Of a DNA stretch of 64,000 nucleotides, positions 32,066 to 41,492 are shown piece by piece; the first letter of the stretch is position 1, and every line of letters begins with the position of its first letter. Both the position numbers and the translations under genes were made by a program. The stretch is from Armatimonadota bacterium (lineage in GTDB: Bacteria; Armatimonadota; SYMT01). The notes below the pieces were generated by a model that had not been told where the DNA came from, made no database searches, and worked only from the letters and a program-made list of their open reading frames with translations. The DNA is taken from contig JBKBRF010000006.1 in NCBI GenBank assembly GCA_046292385.1, positions 96,001-160,000 of the forward strand, in the 5' to 3' direction.

Positions 32066-34636
32066 TTGTCTCAGATCGTCGCGCGCTTCCCGCTTTTCCT
32101 GATCGTTCTGCTCCTCATCACCGTCTGGTCCGCGCGACCGGGCCATGCAGTAGACCCTCCCGCCCCGCAGGGGGAGGCCAACGCGGCGGAGGTCCGGGCC
32201 GGAGCCCGGGGGCTCTTCGTGCTGGTAGGGAGCATCGGGGCGCAGTCGGCGCGCGAGAGGGCGCAGGACGCGAACGAGCGGATCGCGCAGATCCTGAGCG
32301 ACCCCGCGCTCGATCCGCAGCAGATCCAGGCGACCACGCTCCCGGACGGCAGCCCCGGCGTGGCGCTCGGCTCCATGCCGATCGTGGAGGTCACCTACGC
32401 CGACGCCCAATCCGCGGGAGAGCCGCCGGAGCGCGTGGCGGAGGAATGGGCGCAGATCCTGCGCTCCAACGTGACCCAGCTCCAGCCGCTCTTCGTGCGG
32501 GAGCGCGCGACGGTCAGCGTCAAGACCCTGAGCGAGCACCACGTCCTGCTCCTGATCCTGCAGGTGGCGATGCTGCTGGCGGTGGCGCGCATCTGCGGAG
32601 AGATCGCCCTGCGCCTGGGGCAGCCGCCCGTGATCGGGCAGCTCGCGGCGGGGATCCTGCTCGGCCACTCCGTGCTCGGCGCGCTGCTGCCGGAGCTGAA
32701 GGCGCTCGTCTTTCCGGTCGAGGCGACCCAGTCGTACCTGCTGGAAGTCGTCTCCTGGATCGGGGTGCTCTTTCTCCTGATGCTCACCGGCCTGGAGACC
32801 GACATCGCGCTGATCCGGCAGCAGGGCCGCCCGGCCCTCTACACCTCCATCACCGGCATCCTGCTCCCGTTCCTGCTCGGCGCCGGGGTAGGCTACCTGC
32901 TCCCGGACTCGCTCCTCACCACGCCTGAGTCGCGGCTGGTCCTGGCGCTCTTCCTGGGAACGGTGCTCTCGGTCTCCTCCGTGCCGGTCATCGCCAAGAT
33001 CCTGCTCGACATGCGGCTGCTCCGGCGCAACGTTGGGCAGTTGATCCTGGCCGCCGCCCTGGCGCACGATACGGTCGGCTGGATCATCCTGGCGGTCGTC
33101 GCCAGCCTCGCCGCGAGCGGGCGCGTCGAGCTGCTGGCGATCGGGAAGACGGTCCTCGGCACGGTGTTGTTCGGCCTCTTCTCCGCCACGCTCGGCCGCG
33201 TGCTGGTGCGGCGCTCGATGCGCTGGGTGAACGACCACATGCGGACCGAGTACGCGCTGCTCTCCGCGGTGGTCGTGCTCATGATGCTCAGCGCCGCCGT
33301 CACCCAGTTCATCGGGGTGCACGCCGTGCTCGGCGCCTTCGTGGTCGGCATTCTCCTCCGCGAGACGGCCGTGGTGAACGAGCGGGTGCTGCATCCGCTG
33401 GAGACGGTGACCACCGCGATCTTCGCGCCGATCTTCTTCGCCGCCGCCGGGCTGCACGTGAACCTGGGCGTGCTCCTGCAGCCGGCGCTGCTCGGGTTCG
33501 CCGTCCTCATCACCGCAGCGGCGTGCATCGGCAAGATCGTCGGCTGCTTCTTCGGTGCCTGGTGGGGAGGGGCTCCGTTCTGGAACGCGGTGAGCGTGGG
33601 GGTCGGCACCAACGCCCGCGGGGCGATGGGGCTCATCGTCGGCATCCTCGGCTTCTCGCTCGGGATCCTGACGGTCGACACCTTCTCGCTGATCATCGTG
33701 ATGGCGGTAGTGACGACGGCGATCTCGCCGCCGCTGCTGCGGTGGTCGCTGCGGAAGGTGCAGCCCGACCCGGCGGAGGAAGCGCGGCTCCAGCGGGAGG
33801 CACTGCGGGAGCGGAGCTTCCTGGGACGGATCCAGCGCGTGCTGCTCCCCACGCGCGGCGGCGACGATGCCCAGCTCGCGACGGTGCTGGTCAACTCGAT
33901 CGCGGAGCAGCAGCCGGTAGAGGTGACCAGCCTCTACGTACAGGCGAGTCCGAGCGACAACGATACCGCGGCGCATCGCTCGATCAAGGCGCGTCTGAAG
34001 GCGGAGCAGGCCTCGTTCGATTCCACTACGCTCCCTCCGGCGCCGCCCGCCGAGGCGATCGTCCAACAGGTTCGGCGGGGCTACGACCTGCTCGCGATGG
34101 GCTGCGGCCTGGACGCCGGCACCGACGGAGTGGTGTTCGGGCGGCTGGTCGACGAGGTGGCAGCCCAGGCGGCGGTCCCGCTGCTGGTAGTGCGGGCGCC
34201 GCGCGGCGAGCAGCTCCACTGGATCCGCCGCATCCTGGTGCCGACCTCCAGCGGCGCCACCGCCGTGCAGGCCGCGGAGCTGGCGGTGGCGGTGGCGCGT
34301 CACACCGGCGCGGAGGTGATCGCGCTGCACGTCTACGAGATGACCGGCGGCTCGCTCTTCTGGACCACCGACTACGAAGAGCGCGCGCGGGAGGCCGGCC
34401 AGGACGTGGTGGAGCAGGTCCGCAGTCTGGGCGACGCCAGCGAGGTGCGGGTCGACACGCTGATGGTGCAGGGGGAGCGGGCGGGGCCGGAGATCGCCCG
34501 GGTGGCGCGGGAGCGAGAGGTTGACCTGATCATCCTCGGCGGCAGCATCCGCCCCTCGCGCCGGCTCTTCCTCGGCCCCACGATCGGGACCGTGCTCCGG
34601 GAGACCGACTGCGCGGTCGCCGTGCTCAGCGCCTAG
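32066..34636 (+). CDS. Cation:proton antiporter (CPA2/KefB-like) with N-terminal exported domain and two C-terminal USP domains
   Basis: LGQPPVIGQL.AGILLG, GLETD, SVSSVPVIAKIL, LGAF..G, PIFF, NARG; RVLLPTRGG and RILVPTSSG USP starts; TTG start with GGAGG (start uncertain). Confidence 0.88.
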   Translation: MSQIVARFPLFLIVLLLITVWSARPGHAVDPPAPQGEANAAEVRAGARGLFVLVGSIGAQSARERAQDANERIAQILSDPALDPQQIQATTLPDGSPGVALGSMPIVEVTYADAQSAGEPPERVAEEWAQILRSNVTQLQPLFVRERATVSVKTLSEHHVLLLILQVAMLLAVARICGEIALRLGQPPVIGQLAAGILLGHSVLGALLPELKALVFPVEATQSYLLEVVSWIGVLFLLMLTGLETDIALIRQQGRPALYTSITGILLPFLLGAGVGYLLPDSLLTTPESRLVLALFLGTVLSVSSVPVIAKILLDMRLLRRNVGQLILAAALAHDTVGWIILAVVASLAASGRVELLAIGKTVLGTVLFGLFSATLGRVLVRRSMRWVNDHMRTEYALLSAVVVLMMLSAAVTQFIGVHAVLGAFVVGILLRETAVVNERVLHPLETVTTAIFAPIFFAAAGLHVNLGVLLQPALLGFAVLITAAACIGKIVGCFFGAWWGGAPFWNAVSVGVGTNARGAMGLIVGILGFSLGILTVDTFSLIIVMAVVTTAISPPLLRWSLRKVQPDPAEEARLQREALRERSFLGRIQRVLLPTRGGDDAQLATVLVNSIAEQQPVEVTSLYVQASPSDNDTAAHRSIKARLKAEQASFDSTTLPPAPPAEAIVQQVRRGYDLLAMGCGLDAGTDGVVFGRLVDEVAAQAAVPLLVVRAPRGEQLHWIRRILVPTSSGATAVQAAELAVAVARHTGAEVIALHVYEMTGGSLFWTTDYEERAREAGQDVVEQVRSLGDASEVRVDTLMVQGERAGPEIARVAREREVDLIILGGSIRPSRRLFLGPTIGTVLRETDCAVAVLSA

Positions 34637-34664
34637 CACGGCGACCGCGGAGCCAGGGCCGCGG

Positions 34665-36131
34665 CTACTCGGCGAGGAGGGTCTTGATCTGCGCCGTCAC
34701 GGCGTCCTCGTCGAAGCCGGACTGCAGGTACCGGAGCACGCCCTTCTTATCGATGAGGGCGATCGTCGGGAAGGCCGAAACCTCGTAGGTGGCCGAGAGC
34801 TTGCCGTCGACGTCCATCAGGGTGGGGTAGGTGACGCCGTGCTCCTTCACGAACTCGCGCGCCATCTTGTGCGGGTCCTCGCGCTCACCCGAGTTGACGC
34901 CGAAGACGGCCAGGCCCTGTCCCTTGAGCTTCTGCCACAGTTCTTTCTCTACGCGCGGAGCCTCCGCGCGACAGGCGCCTCACCAGCTGGCGAACCAGGT
35001 GAGAAAGATCACCTTACCGAGGTAGTCCTTCGCGTTCACGGAGCCGCCGTCCAGCGTCTTCAGGCTCCAGTCGGGCGCCGGCTTCCCCACGCCGACCCGC
35101 TTCGCCTCCTGCTCCGCCTGCTTCCGCGACAGCTCGGCCATAGAGAGCTCAGTCCCCGTGTAGACATACTCGACCGGCGGATCGACGCGCTGGTCCACCA
35201 CGGGAGTTCCGGCCGGGATACGGAGGGCGAACTCGCTCGAGGCGGGCTTGACGTTCACCTCGCTCTTCTGCACGGCCAGCCGGGTCTCGGCGGCGGCGTT
35301 GATGCTGCCGCGGATGTAGAGGAACTCTTCCACCAGCTTCGGGACGAGCGAGTCCCCTCCGTAGGTGAGCTGAACCTCGAAGACGCGCGTGGCGGGGCCC
35401 TGCGGCGTGGAGCCTTCTTCCTGGCGCTCGATCTTGCGGACCCGGAGCGGATTGCCCCCGACCGTGGCGGCCACCCTGGAGCTGCCCATGGTGCCGGTGA
35501 GGACGGTGCCCTCGCTGGTCTCCTCGGCGCCCGTCCAGACCGTCTCGCGGAAGTAGTCGCTGGCTCGCCCGAGCGTGAGCTGTAGGGCCGGGTCCGGGAC
35601 CGGCATGTCCCCGATCACCGCGACCCGCTCCTTGCCTTCCTCGTTGAGGAACCGGGGCAGCTTGCCGTCGGTCACCCCCGTGCCCTTGCGGCGGACCTTC
35701 CCGTCCGGCGCCAGCTGGGTCGTCTCGCGGAAGAGCCGCTCCCCGTCGTAGACGATCCGCTCCCGGCGCTGCTCCGGCTGGAGCGCCTTCAGCATCACCC
35801 GCGCCGACTCGACCGCCTCCGGAGATCCCGGCGTCCCGCCGGCAGGCGGCAGGCGGGTGGAGCGCTGCTCCACGTCGATCAGGATGCGGCCGGAGGTCAG
35901 CTTCTCCTCGGCCCGCGCCAGACGCTCGTAGATTTCTTTCGCCTTCGGATCGCTGGCCGACGCCGGCGCACCCTGTGTGGCGCCGGCGTCGGCCGCGGCC
36001 GGCGAGGTCTGCCCCGCCGGCGCTTCCGGCCTGGACGCGGTCTTACCCCCGCGGAGCAGCAGCCCCGCGACCGCCATCCCCCCGATTCCCGCCGCGACTC
36101 CGAGCGTCGCGAGCATCAACTGCCTCTTCAT
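34665..36131 (-). CDS. Exported TlpA/redoxin-domain protein, probable selenoprotein (in-frame UGA gives UxxC)
   Basis: ...APDWSLKTLDG...GKVIFLTWFASW-TGA-GACRAEAP...GLAVFGVN...YPTLMD...FPTIALIDKKG continues in the same frame; hairpin downstream of the TGA. Confidence 0.85.
34952..34982 (-). promoter_or_regulatory. UGA(Sec) codon and candidate bacterial SECIS hairpin
   Basis: Minus strand TGA GGCGCCTGT CGCGCGG-AGGCT-CCGCGCG; the G-containing apical loop begins about 16 nt after the UGA. Confidence 0.65.
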
Positions 36132-37480
36132 CGCTTCTCCTGCGCCGCATCCGGCGCGGCGGGTAGATCTTCAACCATCCGGCGGAGCACGGCGTCCGAT
36201 AGCCCGGTCTGAATCCGCCGGATCGTGCCGGCGCGGTCCACCAGCACCGCCTTGGGGGCGGCCACCGGGCCGGAGAGCCGCTCCAGCAGCCGCGCGTCGC
36301 GGTCCAGCAGCACCGGCGCGCCGACCAGCTTCCGGAGCCGCTCCAGTTCGCCGGGATCGTCGGCGCCGGCGACCGGCGAGAGCGCCACGATCCGGAGCCC
36401 CTGCTTGCGCCCCTCGCGAGAAAGCTTCTTCACCGTGCCGGCAAGCTGCTCCAGCCCCGGCGATTCGGGCAGCAGCCACACCATCAGCAGTGGGCCACCC
36501 AGGTGCGAGGAGGACTGGACGCGGCCGCCGCGGTCGTCCGGCAGCGACCACTCCACCATACGCTCGCCCTCGCCCAGCGTCATCCGCGAGACGTCGAGCG
36601 CGCGGAGCAGCTCATACGCCGCCGGCTCGGCGCCGCGGAGGTCGGTGACCGCCGTGCCCCCCGGCAGCGGCAGCGCCAGGGAGGGGGTGCCGGAAGTGAG
36701 GGGGCGGCGCTCCCGAATCTCGGTGGTCCGGTAGACCACGCTGTTGACCGGCGCCTCGCTGAGCATCCACTCTTCGATCTCGGCGGGGCTCCCTTCCGCG
36801 GCAGGACGATAGGTTAGATCATAGCGCTGCTGGAAGGGGCGTCCGTCGGCGGTGCGGAGCGAGCGGCGGATGCGCCAGCCCCGCAGCTCCGGGCGTCCGT
36901 CTCGCACCAGGCGCAGCTCGTGCTCCTCGCCTTCGCGGGTTCCGGTCAGCACCAGGTTCCGGTCGAGCTCGGTGACGCGGGTCCAGCGGAGACCTTCCAG
37001 CACGGCCGCCGTGCCCCGTCCCAGCAAGGCGTCGCCGGGGGAGGCGGAGCGGGCCGGCGCCACCAGGGCGGAGCGATCGTCCATGCCGTCTTCCGAGAAC
37101 TCCAGCAGCCGCCGCAGCTCGCCGCCGCGGCTCGCGATCCGGGAGCGCATCGGGATCGCGTTCACGCCGGCAGGGAGGATGCGCGCGTCCTTCAACCAGC
37201 CTTCCGGCGCGGCGAGCACGGTGCCCTCGGAGATGAGCGGCAGCTCGCCGGCGACTCGGGCGCGCAGCTCCGCGTCCGACTCCTTCGCCTTCAGCGCGCC
37301 GCGGCGTTCTACACTGCGGAAAGCGATCCGCTCCGGAGCCTGGGACCGCTCCGCCGCGTGCAGCTCCGAGATCCAGCGGGAAGCGGCGGCGCCGTCATCC
37401 TGCGCCCACGCGAGGCGGGGGCCTACACTCGCCAGCCCGGCCAGAACCGCGAGAGCCGCAGCCGCGCACGCGGCGCTCAC
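36128..37480 (-). CDS. Exported protein with degenerate (Cys-less) redoxin domain
   Basis: GTGA overlap with larC stop; signal peptide ending AWA; EWSLPDDRGG...LLMVWLLPESP (no CxxC)...GLRIVALS...PVLLD...PKAVLVDRAGTIRR. Confidence 0.72.
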   Translation of the reverse strand: MSAACAAAALAVLAGLASVGPRLAWAQDDGAAASRWISELHAAERSQAPERIAFRSVERRGALKAKESDAELRARVAGELPLISEGTVLAAPEGWLKDARILPAGVNAIPMRSRIASRGGELRRLLEFSEDGMDDRSALVAPARSASPGDALLGRGTAAVLEGLRWTRVTELDRNLVLTGTREGEEHELRLVRDGRPELRGWRIRRSLRTADGRPFQQRYDLTYRPAAEGSPAEIEEWMLSEAPVNSVVYRTTEIRERRPLTSGTPSLALPLPGGTAVTDLRGAEPAAYELLRALDVSRMTLGEGERMVEWSLPDDRGGRVQSSSHLGGPLLMVWLLPESPGLEQLAGTVKKLSREGRKQGLRIVALSPVAGADDPGELERLRKLVGAPVLLDRDARLLERLSGPVAAPKAVLVDRAGTIRRIQTGLSDAVLRRMVEDLPAAPDAAQEKR

Positions 37481-38874
37481 GCGGCGCCGCCGAACAGGCG
37501 CTGCCACGCCGCGGCCGCGGCCGCCGCATGCACCAGTTTCACCGCTACCCCCGCCTCTTCGGCTCGTTTCCGGCAATCTTCGTACTCCGGATGGGCGTTG
37601 CGCACCGCGCCACGCTCCTTGCCGACCTTTACGCGCACGGAGCCGAACGCGGTTTCTACCTCGACCCACTCCCGCTCCAGGCATTCCCGCTGCCACTCGC
37701 TGCGCCGTACCCCCAGCGTGGAGGTCTCCCGAAACAGCACCTGGGTAACCGATTCTACCCGGTCCGGCGGCGCGAGTACGCTGAGCAGGTGGGCGGGACG
37801 CCCCTTCTTCATCACGATCGGCGTGATCCAGGCATCGATCGCACCGGCCTGAAAGAGCGACTGCAGCGCGCCCTCGAAGAGCTGGGGAGACTGATCGTCG
37901 ATGTTCGTCTCCAGCAGCGTGACCGCCAGCGCCTCCCGGGGGGCCGACTCGGTTTCCCCCACCAGCACCCGCAGCAGGTTCGGGAACGGGAAGTCCTTGG
38001 TCCCCGCGCCGTATCCCACTTCGCGGATCGTAAACGCGGGGAGCGGCCCGAACTCGTCGGCCAGCGCCGCGGCCAGCGCCGCGCCGGTAGGAGTCACCAG
38101 CTCCGCCTGGATATCGACCGCCCGCAGCGGGCATCCTTTCAGCAGCTCCGCCGTGGCGGGCGGTGGAATCGGCATCTGCCCGTGCGCGCAGCGGACGAAG
38201 CCGTGCCCGTTCGGAAGGGGGGAGCAGACGACGCGCTCCACTCCGAGCAAGTGCAGGGCGTAAATGGCGCCGACGACGTCGACGATGCTGTCGACCGCGC
38301 CGACTTCGTGGAAGTGGACCGTCTCCAGCGTGCTGCCGTGGACCTTCGCCTCCGCCTCCGCCAGTCGCCGGTAGACCGCTTCCGCGCGCTCCTTCACCGC
38401 CGCCGGCAGGCCGCTCTCCCGGATCAGCCGCGCCACGTCGCCGAAGGTGCGGGTAACGTCCTCTCCGGCCGCCCCGCCGTGGGAATGCCCGTGGTGGCGG
38501 TGCGAGTGGGTGTGGGCGTGCGCGGCGGCGTGCTCGTGCGTGTGCTCGTGAGCGTGAGAATGCTCGTGCGTGTGAGCGTGCGCGTGCCCCACGGTGTGCG
38601 TGTGCCCGGCAGCCGGGGCCGAGAGTGGGGCGTCGGACGGCGGCACGCGCATCAGCGGCGCGTCGCCCGCCGCTTCCCCGCGCACGAGCACCTCCACGTG
38701 CGTCGCCGCGATCCCGGACTTGCTGACCCGGCTGATCTCCAGCTCCCACGGCGGCAGCGCCAGCGTCCGCAAGCCGGCGACCAGCGCCTCGGCATCGGCC
38801 CCGGCGTCGAGCAACGCGCCGAGGGTCATGTCGCCGCTGATCCCGCCCACGCAGTCAAAATAGGCAGTCGTCAT
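37477..38874 (-). CDS. larC: Nickel-pincer cofactor biosynthesis protein LarC (nickel insertase)
   Basis: YFDC..GISGDM.LGAL, His-rich tract, VHFHEVGAVDSIVD, ELVTPTGAA, LETNIDD, MKKGRP, PEYEDC. Confidence 0.95.
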   Translation of the reverse strand: MTTAYFDCVGGISGDMTLGALLDAGADAEALVAGLRTLALPPWELEISRVSKSGIAATHVEVLVRGEAAGDAPLMRVPPSDAPLSAPAAGHTHTVGHAHAHTHEHSHAHEHTHEHAAAHAHTHSHRHHGHSHGGAAGEDVTRTFGDVARLIRESGLPAAVKERAEAVYRRLAEAEAKVHGSTLETVHFHEVGAVDSIVDVVGAIYALHLLGVERVVCSPLPNGHGFVRCAHGQMPIPPPATAELLKGCPLRAVDIQAELVTPTGAALAAALADEFGPLPAFTIREVGYGAGTKDFPFPNLLRVLVGETESAPREALAVTLLETNIDDQSPQLFEGALQSLFQAGAIDAWITPIVMKKGRPAHLLSVLAPPDRVESVTQVLFRETSTLGVRRSEWQRECLEREWVEVETAFGSVRVKVGKERGAVRNAHPEYEDCRKRAEEAGVAVKLVHAAAAAAAWQRLFGGAA

Positions 38875-39305
38875 AACGACCAGTCCTTCAGCAACACCAC
38901 CTCATCTTGAGATGGTCCGAAGACGTTCACGAGCCGTTCGTCGGCGGTGACGAGGGTCCCGCCCAGCCGCTGAGCCAGCGCGATGAAAAGAGCGTCGTAC
39001 ACGGAAATCTGGTGGGTCAACGCGAGGGGAACCGCGTCGTCCAAAAGCTCACGGTTTGCGACGGAGGGAATGGACAGCGCGGAGAAGGCGGCGACTGCCG
39101 CCAGCGCGTCTGCGGCAGATAATCCGTGGAACCGAGACCGCTTCCAGAGAATGTTACCGACTTCGGCAAAGGCGAGATCTGGAACCGTGAGCTCGAGCTC
39201 GCCGCGAGTATAAGCTTCCAGAAGCTCTCGGGCTTGCTGTGAGTCCGGCTCCGGCAGGACCCACTTCACCGCGACACTGCTGTCTGGGATCACCTGGGGC
39301 GTCAT
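38871..39305 (-). CDS. vapC: VapC-type PIN-domain toxin
   Basis: DSSVAVKW..PE, AEVGNILWK, YDALFIALA, LVTADERL. Confidence 0.9.
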   Translation of the reverse strand: MTPQVIPDSSVAVKWVLPEPDSQQARELLEAYTRGELELTVPDLAFAEVGNILWKRSRFHGLSAADALAAVAAFSALSIPSVANRELLDDAVPLALTHQISVYDALFIALAQRLGGTLVTADERLVNVFGPSQDEVVLLKDWSL

Positions 39306-39538
39306 CGGACGCGATCTTCGCGGAGGCTGGTGACACTATCCGGGAACTCACCGTAGGTGTTCCGGATCTCCTCACGCACCCGATCAAGGCGTTCCACGGC
39401 TTCGAACCGTTCTTCCAGAGCCTGGTCGCGCGCCTGCCACTGGGCCAGAAGCTCTTCGACACTCGCTAACCCGCGACGGCGAGCCGCCAGTTCTAGACGC
39501 TGAAAAAGCTCATCGGAGATGGTCACGCTCTGGCTCAT
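39302..39538 (-). CDS. Cognate antitoxin (VapB-like, ribbon-helix-helix)
   Basis: MSQSVTISDELFQRLELAARRRG...DSVTSLREDRVR; ATGA overlap with vapC; GAGG RBS. Confidence 0.78.
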   Translation of the reverse strand: MSQSVTISDELFQRLELAARRRGLASVEELLAQWQARDQALEERFEAVERLDRVREEIRNTYGEFPDSVTSLREDRVR

Positions 39539-39567
39539 CATCGTCCTCGAAAACCGAATCGCATCGC

Positions 39568-40356
39568 CTACCCAGAGGATTCTACCGTGCTCCCTGCTTC
39601 CGGAACGCCGATCTGGTTCACCAGGTGGGCGAAGTAGCCGGCGCCGAAGCCGTTGTCGATGTTCACCACCGTCACGCCGGTGGCGCAGGAGTTGAGCATC
39701 CCCAGCAGGGCGGCGAGGCCCTGGAAGGCAGCGCCGTAGCCGACGCTGGTGGGGACGGCGATGACCGGCTGCTCCACCAGGCCGCCGACGACGCTCGGCA
39801 GGGCGCCTTCCATGCCGGCGACGACGATGATTACGCGGGCGCGGTCGAGCGTCTCCCGGGCACTCAGCAGGCGGTGCAGGCCCGCCACCCCGCAGTCGTA
39901 GAGGCGCTCCACCCGACTGCCGAGCGCGGCGGCAGTCACCGCGGCTTCTTCCGCGACCGGCAGGTCCGAGGTGCCGGCGCTGATCACCAGGACGTACGGC
40001 GTCTCCTCGGAGTGCTCCGGCTGCGGCTCGTTGCGGATCTCCAGCACGCGGGCGAGGTCGTGCGAGACCGTCTCCGGAAAGCGCTGCAGCACCGCTTCCC
40101 GCTGCTCCGGCGTGACGCGGGTCGCCAGTACGAAGGCGTGGCGCGCCCGCAGCGCCTCCACGATCGCCACCACCTGGTCCACCGTCTTGCCGGCACAGTA
40201 GACCACCTCCGGCACGCCGGTGCGAAAGCGCCGGTGGGTATCGACCCGCGCAAAGCCGAGGTCTTCGAAGGGTGCCCACTTGAGCGCGGTCAGCGCCTCG
40301 TCCACGCTCACCGAGCCGTCGCGGACGGCGTCCAGCACCTCACGGACTCGTTCCAA
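39568..40356 (-). CDS. larB: Nickel-pincer cofactor biosynthesis protein LarB
   Basis: DTHR..RTG.PEVVYC.GKT, AGTSDLPVAEEA, DCGVAGLHRL, AGMEGALPSVVGGL, PTSVGYG, MLNSCA, VVNIDNGFGA. Confidence 0.95.
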   Translation of the reverse strand: MERVREVLDAVRDGSVSVDEALTALKWAPFEDLGFARVDTHRRFRTGVPEVVYCAGKTVDQVVAIVEALRARHAFVLATRVTPEQREAVLQRFPETVSHDLARVLEIRNEPQPEHSEETPYVLVISAGTSDLPVAEEAAVTAAALGSRVERLYDCGVAGLHRLLSARETLDRARVIIVVAGMEGALPSVVGGLVEQPVIAVPTSVGYGAAFQGLAALLGMLNSCATGVTVVNIDNGFGAGYFAHLVNQIGVPEAGSTVESSG

Positions 40357-40360
40357 ACGG

Positions 40361-41434
40361 TCAGTCTCCTCCGAGCCGGACCGGCTTGCCGGTCCGCCCG
40401 CTCTCGTAGACGGCGGTAAAGATCTCGACGGTGTGGCGGGTGGTCTCGATGCTGTTCGGCGGCTCCGCGCCGGTCGCCATCGCCTCGGCGAACTCCTCGA
40501 ACTGCATCAGGTGCCCCCGGGTGGCAAAGGCGAACGGATCCGAGGCGGTGGTGACGCTCCGGTCACCCTTCTTTCCGAACCGCGCGAGCATCTGCTCCTC
40601 TTCCTGCTGCTCCGCATCCGGCGTCTCGCCCAGCGCCCGCCAGCGCACCAGCTCGTCATCGGTCACCACGGCGCTGCCCTTGCTGCCGTGGATCATGATG
40701 GTGCGGTCGAGGCCCGGATAGGCCGCGGTGGTGGTGGTGAGGGTGCCGATCGCTCCGTTCTTGAACGTGAGCACGGCGGCGGTCTTGTCTTCCGACTCGA
40801 TGTCGTGCGCGTAGCAGCCGAACTTGCCGTAGACCTCCACCACCGGTCCCGCCAGCCACTGGAGCAGGTCGAGTGTGTGGATTCCCTGGTTCGCCAGCGA
40901 CCCGCCGCCGTCCAGCTTCCAGGTGCCCTTCCACATCCCTGGGCAAACGTAGTAGCTGGGCGCGCGCCACCAGTTGGTCGCGCCGTGCACCCCGGCGATC
41001 GTGCCGAAGCGGCCCGACTGCAGCGCCTGCCGCCACTCGCGGTAGAGAGGCTCGAAGCGGGCCTGGAAGATCACCATGAGCTGCTTCCCGCTCTCGCGCT
41101 TGGCGGCGATCATGGCATCGACCGCAGCCACAGTCACGTCCGGCGGCTTCTCGCAGATCACGTGCTTGCCGGCCTGCAGCGCCTTTATCGAAAGCTCCGC
41201 GTGCGTGCCGGAGGGCGTGCAGACGTTGACGACGTCGATCTCCGGGTCCCGGAGGAGGTCGTCGAAGTCGGTAGTGGCGCGGACCCCGTACTGCTCGCGG
41301 GCCGTCTGCAGGCGCTCGGGAGAGCGGTCGCACACCGCCACCAGCTCGCAGCCGCGCGCGTCCTGCAGGTCCTTGCCGTGCTGCATCCCCATTCCGAGGC
41401 CCAGCACTGCGAAGCGGAACGGTCTTTCACTCAT
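40361..41434 (-). CDS. Gfo/Idh/MocA family oxidoreductase
   Basis: GLGMG, CTPSGTH, GKHVICEKP, DGGGSLANQGIHTLD. Confidence 0.92.
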   Translation of the reverse strand: MSERPFRFAVLGLGMGMQHGKDLQDARGCELVAVCDRSPERLQTAREQYGVRATTDFDDLLRDPEIDVVNVCTPSGTHAELSIKALQAGKHVICEKPPDVTVAAVDAMIAAKRESGKQLMVIFQARFEPLYREWRQALQSGRFGTIAGVHGATNWWRAPSYYVCPGMWKGTWKLDGGGSLANQGIHTLDLLQWLAGPVVEVYGKFGCYAHDIESEDKTAAVLTFKNGAIGTLTTTTAAYPGLDRTIMIHGSKGSAVVTDDELVRWRALGETPDAEQQEEEQMLARFGKKGDRSVTTASDPFAFATRGHLMQFEEFAEAMATGAEPPNSIETTRHTVEIFTAVYESGRTGKPVRLGGD

Positions 41435-41492
41435 CGTTCTTTACTTGAGCCGAGCACTCTCTGCGCTGCCGAGGAGTGGCAGCCTCTCACGC

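Noticed and set aside
34665..34865. Separate 66-aa ORF, or a pseudogene reading of the redoxin
   Set aside because: It is in frame with the upstream ORF, and the only interruption is a TGA at the catalytic Cys position with a hairpin after it; Sec readthrough explains this better.
36128..38749. 873-aa ORF as one protein
   Set aside because: Its 5' half overlaps larC in another frame; the real gene most likely starts at GTG 37480.
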